Below, piece after piece: positions 59,550 to 64,000 of a DNA stretch of 64,000 bases. Location: NCBI RefSeq assembly GCF_009914755.1, contig NC_060928.1; one strand, 5' to 3'. The notes beneath the pieces were generated by a model. It was not told the origin of the DNA, searched no databases, and worked only from the letters and a program-made list of their open reading frames with translations. Position 1 is the stretch's first letter. Every line of letters begins with the position of its first letter. The stretch comes from the human T2T-CHM13v2.0 reference genome, Homo sapiens. The position numbers and the translations under genes are program-made.

Positions 59550-61904
59550 TTATACAATGTGGATAAGCAATAGCACATACATATTGAACCAAACGTATAG
59601 TTTTTCCATGATATAAAACCAATGACTTACTGATTGTATAAAAATAATACACATCTAGAGGAAATAAAATGCATTATTTTTCTGTTTCTAAAATTCTATG
59701 CTATACAAAGTGTATTTTATTTTAATAATAATTGTTTGTCTTGTTATTATGTAGATTTTTAAAGAGTTTTTGGAACACTATTTGTAGAGAACGAAGCATA
59801 CACCAGTAAAATGAAACAGTGCTTTCTTCAGGGAACAATTGTTAGTCAAAATTTAGCCTCCTGGTCTTGAATTAGTATTGAATTAAACAGTGAATATAAA
59901 GATGCTGATGCTATTTTATTAACAAGATTGATAATTCACCAATTTTCGAGAAGAAAGATGAGAACTACCAGAAGTTAGAGAAATAATATACTACGTTATG
60001 CATTACATGTTGTAATGACACCGTTAATGGCAATATATTTTTGTGATTGCATGTGGCTCGCTCAACTATTGTATGTCAGTAATGTAGTCAGGATTTGAAT
60101 ACTCTCAACATATAACTTTGTAGCCAAAATATGATATTTTTGTGATTGAGGATAATTCCTTAAATAATGATCATGGTATTAAATTGTTCATATACTAAGA
60201 ATTTAAGTATGGCTCCCAAATGCTTGATGATTTGTTTTAATCCATGAGGAAGGGAAATTGATGGTGTGTGGTGTTTATTTTAACAAACAATTCCAAATGT
60301 TTCAGTTGATACCGAAATACATTGCAGAGCCTAATTTAGGAAAATAGTACAACAATTCACTTACTACTGCCTCTCAAGATGACAAATGCAATGTTTCAAC
60401 TTATGTGAGTAATAAGTTTGTTAATTTAGCTTCTAAATGTGTTGTTAAAAGTAGTCTTCAAAGAGAAATTTCTCTGTAATTTCTGGATCCATATTCATTT
60501 GCTGAAATTTAAATAAGGCCAACATTCTTATTGTTTATAGTCATAAATTAGAACATTCTAATGGAAATAATTGTCAAGAAAATAAAGGTAATGGCTGCGG
60601 AGCCTTATTTTTTTAAATATCAAAATCATATTGAATTGTCTATCTAAGGATTATAAGCAACACTATCCCTCTTACTGATATGACTTGGTAGGTTTCATTG
60701 TATTGCAGCTGATGTCAATCTTTATAAAATTAGTAGCCTATGGGCAAATGAATTCTAATTAAGTACTCTGTAGATGCCAAAAGCTAGTAAAATAATCTAC
60801 GATTGTTCAAGTTCATTACCTGAAAATAGTACCATTCATATTTTATCTTTGCAAAAGGATGACTTATATTTTGGCATATAATACCTTTTAAATAAATTTA
60901 CTTGCAGTGAATCTAATTGAATTGACTAGAAATCTAATAAGGTAATGAAAGAGTGGAACATTTTTCAAAAGGAGCAAATTAAAGACTACACTTCAGTGAA
61001 ATAAAATATGAATTGCCATAGATGAGAGATTAGAGTCTCTAATAATGCATGCAAAAGTAAAGAAAGCCTTCAATTTGCTTTAGGCAAAGTTGCTAGATGT
61101 ATTTAAGTGTCAAATTGAAGCAGAAGTGGAAAAACAAGGAATGGAATTACTTGTTGGAAACACATAAGCTCTAGAAGTTTAGATGTTTCCTAAAGGGTTA
61201 TTTCTGTATAGAGGAAATGTCATAGGTTAGAAGCAAACATTTTTACTTTTAAAAATGTATCCAGGCATTTAAATTACATAGTAAAGACCCTCACTGCTGG
61301 TGAGTGAGTATCATCAGCTCAATATAGATGGTTGGCAGATAATGACTTTGAAATGCTCATACCCACATTTGACCAAGGCATTAACCCAGCATATCACTTT
61401 TTCTGTCTAGTCCTTAGTTGTTCACCTAATGATGACAGACCACCAGAAGACACTGATTATTTTCTTCATTATCAGGAGGGATGCTGAATGAAACATCCAA
61501 AACTTTTATCCAACTCTGAATTGGTCATTAAGATAAATATTTTAATGGCCTACTTGAATAAAGAAAGGGAATAATTTAGAAATATGTTTTTAAAAATTTT
61601 AAGTGATATATACTATCTTATAAATACAATGCTAATTAAATTGCATAAAAATAAAATATAGCAGTATAATTACTTATAACTGTAACATAAAAAACTAAAA
61701 GTTTTGTAATTTCTTAAATTTAATATTAAATTCCAAAAGAGTTCACCACAAAACAAAGTGAAACACAAAGGTGGATGAATATAATTTGTAATAATATCCA
61801 TACATCTTATATTCAGTCTCATTCTCCCCACACATTCTCACAAATCAAACAAATGAATAAAAAATGTTAACAAAATAAACTCTACTAAAGCCGAGTCAGA
61901 ACAA

Positions 61905-61980
61905 AAATTTTGCCTAAATCTATGAAGTTAGCAAACTTGGGTGTAAATCCAGGTTGTCTGACTTTAAAATCATGTTCGTC
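61905..61980 (-). mobile_element. MIR fragment
   Basis: ttgcctaaatc...tgggtgtaaatccaggttgtctgactttaaaatcatgttc. Confidence 0.5.
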
Positions 61981-63489
61981 ATATATGAACCTAACTCAAT
62001 TTTTAGTCCAACAATATTTAAATGTTTGATATGTACTTTATATTTTAACATACTTGAGAAATGTATAACTGCACCAGGAATATCTAACTTTCCTCATATG
62101 TGTATCTTTGGATATGGCCTATTCAAAATGCTAAACCAGAAGACTGATTAATTGTCTGTAATATACAAATTTGAGGACTTACATTTATGGAATTTTAGAC
62201 AACTCATAAAAAAACTGACAGAAAAAAAAGGTTAGGAATGGATAATTCATACTTACAAATATATCCAAATGGCTAGAGCGCATGTGATTAGATACTCTGA
62301 TGAAAATTAAAGGGAAGTGGGATATTACTTATTCCTCATGTATATCAGGATGTTTCAAAGAAGTGTTTGTGAGGTGGAGGTAGAGATGTTTTTGTAGAAA
62401 TATGTATGGCAGCACATAATTCCTACTAATTTGTCTCTTAACTATTTAATTTAGCAGATAAGTATATGAAATATACACATTATTTTATAGTTTGTACCTA
62501 GACATCATTCATTGCATGACTCTCTCTTTAAAGGCATAAATGACTGTAACCCCTGGGAGCCTTCACTTGAGAGGTAAAGCACTTCATCCTAATATACAAA
62601 GAACAGTTGAAGCCTGCCTAATATAAAGGACAGCCAAATTTTCATTCATTTAACCTATAAATACAACGGGCTTTCCCATGCAACTGTGAACTATTTGAAA
62701 GAACATATTTTTACTGTAGCTGACGTGAGAAAATAAGAAGCAAAAGAAATAAGATATTTCTGAGCTTTCTCAAAAGGAGTATTTCAGAAACTATTTACTT
62801 TTTGCTTTAAAGCTTAGTTTGGATTTAAACTTCTCAAATGAAAATCGAAACTGAGAGGAGACTAATTTTATGCTTCTTTGAAAAATGTTGCCAATGATAG
62901 TTATAACTTTTTGAAAAACGTGTAGATGCTTGAAATTGAATGGCCGTTTATTATACTCTACCTTGAAGGAGTTCAAAATTTGGGACTAAATTTCATTGTT
63001 TCAGTTTAAATTCCAGAAATCTGTTTTTAAATGATATTATCTTAATTTCACAAAAATAAATATGGATTTAGCTTGTAACCTCAAATTATTTACTGATCAA
63101 TTATTGAATATCATTCATTACAGTAAAATTTTAGTCATTGTCCCACATTTGTGTTCAAGGTTACAAGGTATTCTTTTTTTATGAAACTTCAGTTATTAAA
63201 ATTATCAAGTTAAATCCACTTATACTTTTAAAGAAAATCATAACTCAAAAACTGAAACTCTTGATACTGCATTAATAACAAAATTTTAGGTGTCTGAGTT
63301 TTTATTTAATGTATTCTCATAATAGCATTTGGATACTGATATGGCTCCTAAATATTGGTCCCCCTGGAATTAAAAATATGCACTTTGGGTAAAGTTCAAA
63401 TGTGCTAATGACCAAGAATATTCTATGCACTTTGGGACATGTTGCGCCATCCATTGATGCAGATTTTTCCCTACCACTTCCCTACCACA

Positions 63490-63995
63490 TTCTAAATTTT
63501 TGAACCAATTACTTCCTGTGTCTTCAGAATTTTATTTCTCTCTCTTTGGTTCTCTTTTTAAGGTCCTCTGCCAGCTGCTCACCATCTTCCCATTTCATAA
63601 GTGTTTGTGGTCTGGTATGATTAATTGTGTCTTCTTTTCTTGAAATTACTGATGGACCTCTTCTAACATATACTTCTTTTTACAGGATTAATCATGTTCT
63701 ATGTGGTGATTATTCTCTAACTTACATCTCCAGTGCACCTTGCTTTCCAGAACCCCAGACCCTAGAGCCTAAGCATATCTACACTAGAAATCCATAGGTA
63801 AAATAGGCAAATATCTAAACTGCATAAGTTTATTTGTGTGTTTTCTCAACCCTGGCCCCTTCTGTTTCTTAGTAATGTGAATTGATTCACATGCAGCCAA
63901 AGCTACTAGTGTTGGTATTACATTTGACCCCTTTTTTTTCCTCAGGCCCAATATCTAAACAATATTTACCAAGTACTGTAAATTACATATCTGTG
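63490..63995 (+). mobile_element. L2 fragment
   Basis: atgtggtgattattctctaacttacatctccagtgcacc...ccagaaccccagacc...catttgaccccttttttttcctcaggcccaatatctaa...accaagtactgtaaatt. Confidence 0.65.
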
Positions 63996-64000
63996 GAGTT

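Overview
AT-rich primate (human-like) non-coding DNA dominated by interspersed repeats. I can support no intact protein-coding gene, RNA gene or CRISPR array, and the short ORFs are chance or repeat-derived. Main contents: a near-full-length young L1PA2/L1PA3 (45695-50806, minus, 16-bp TSD); a long L1MA2/3-type L1 (~31540-37700, plus); an older L1M interrupted by Tigger1 and Alus (~14490-20890); a decayed LTR40/HERVL40-type provirus with pol and env remnants (8679-~12230, minus); several MaLR (MLT1/MST) elements; six Alus; and MIR, L2 and MER fragments. The two most notable observations are a ~0.9-kb internal deletion in the young L1 that joins ORF1 in frame to the ORF2 endonuclease, and a gamma-type env remnant in a class III (ERVL-type) provirus. 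Subfamily names come from recalled consensus sequences, not a database search, and boundaries of old repeats are approximate. I found no evidence of a new functional system; the findings are molecular-fossil oddities.
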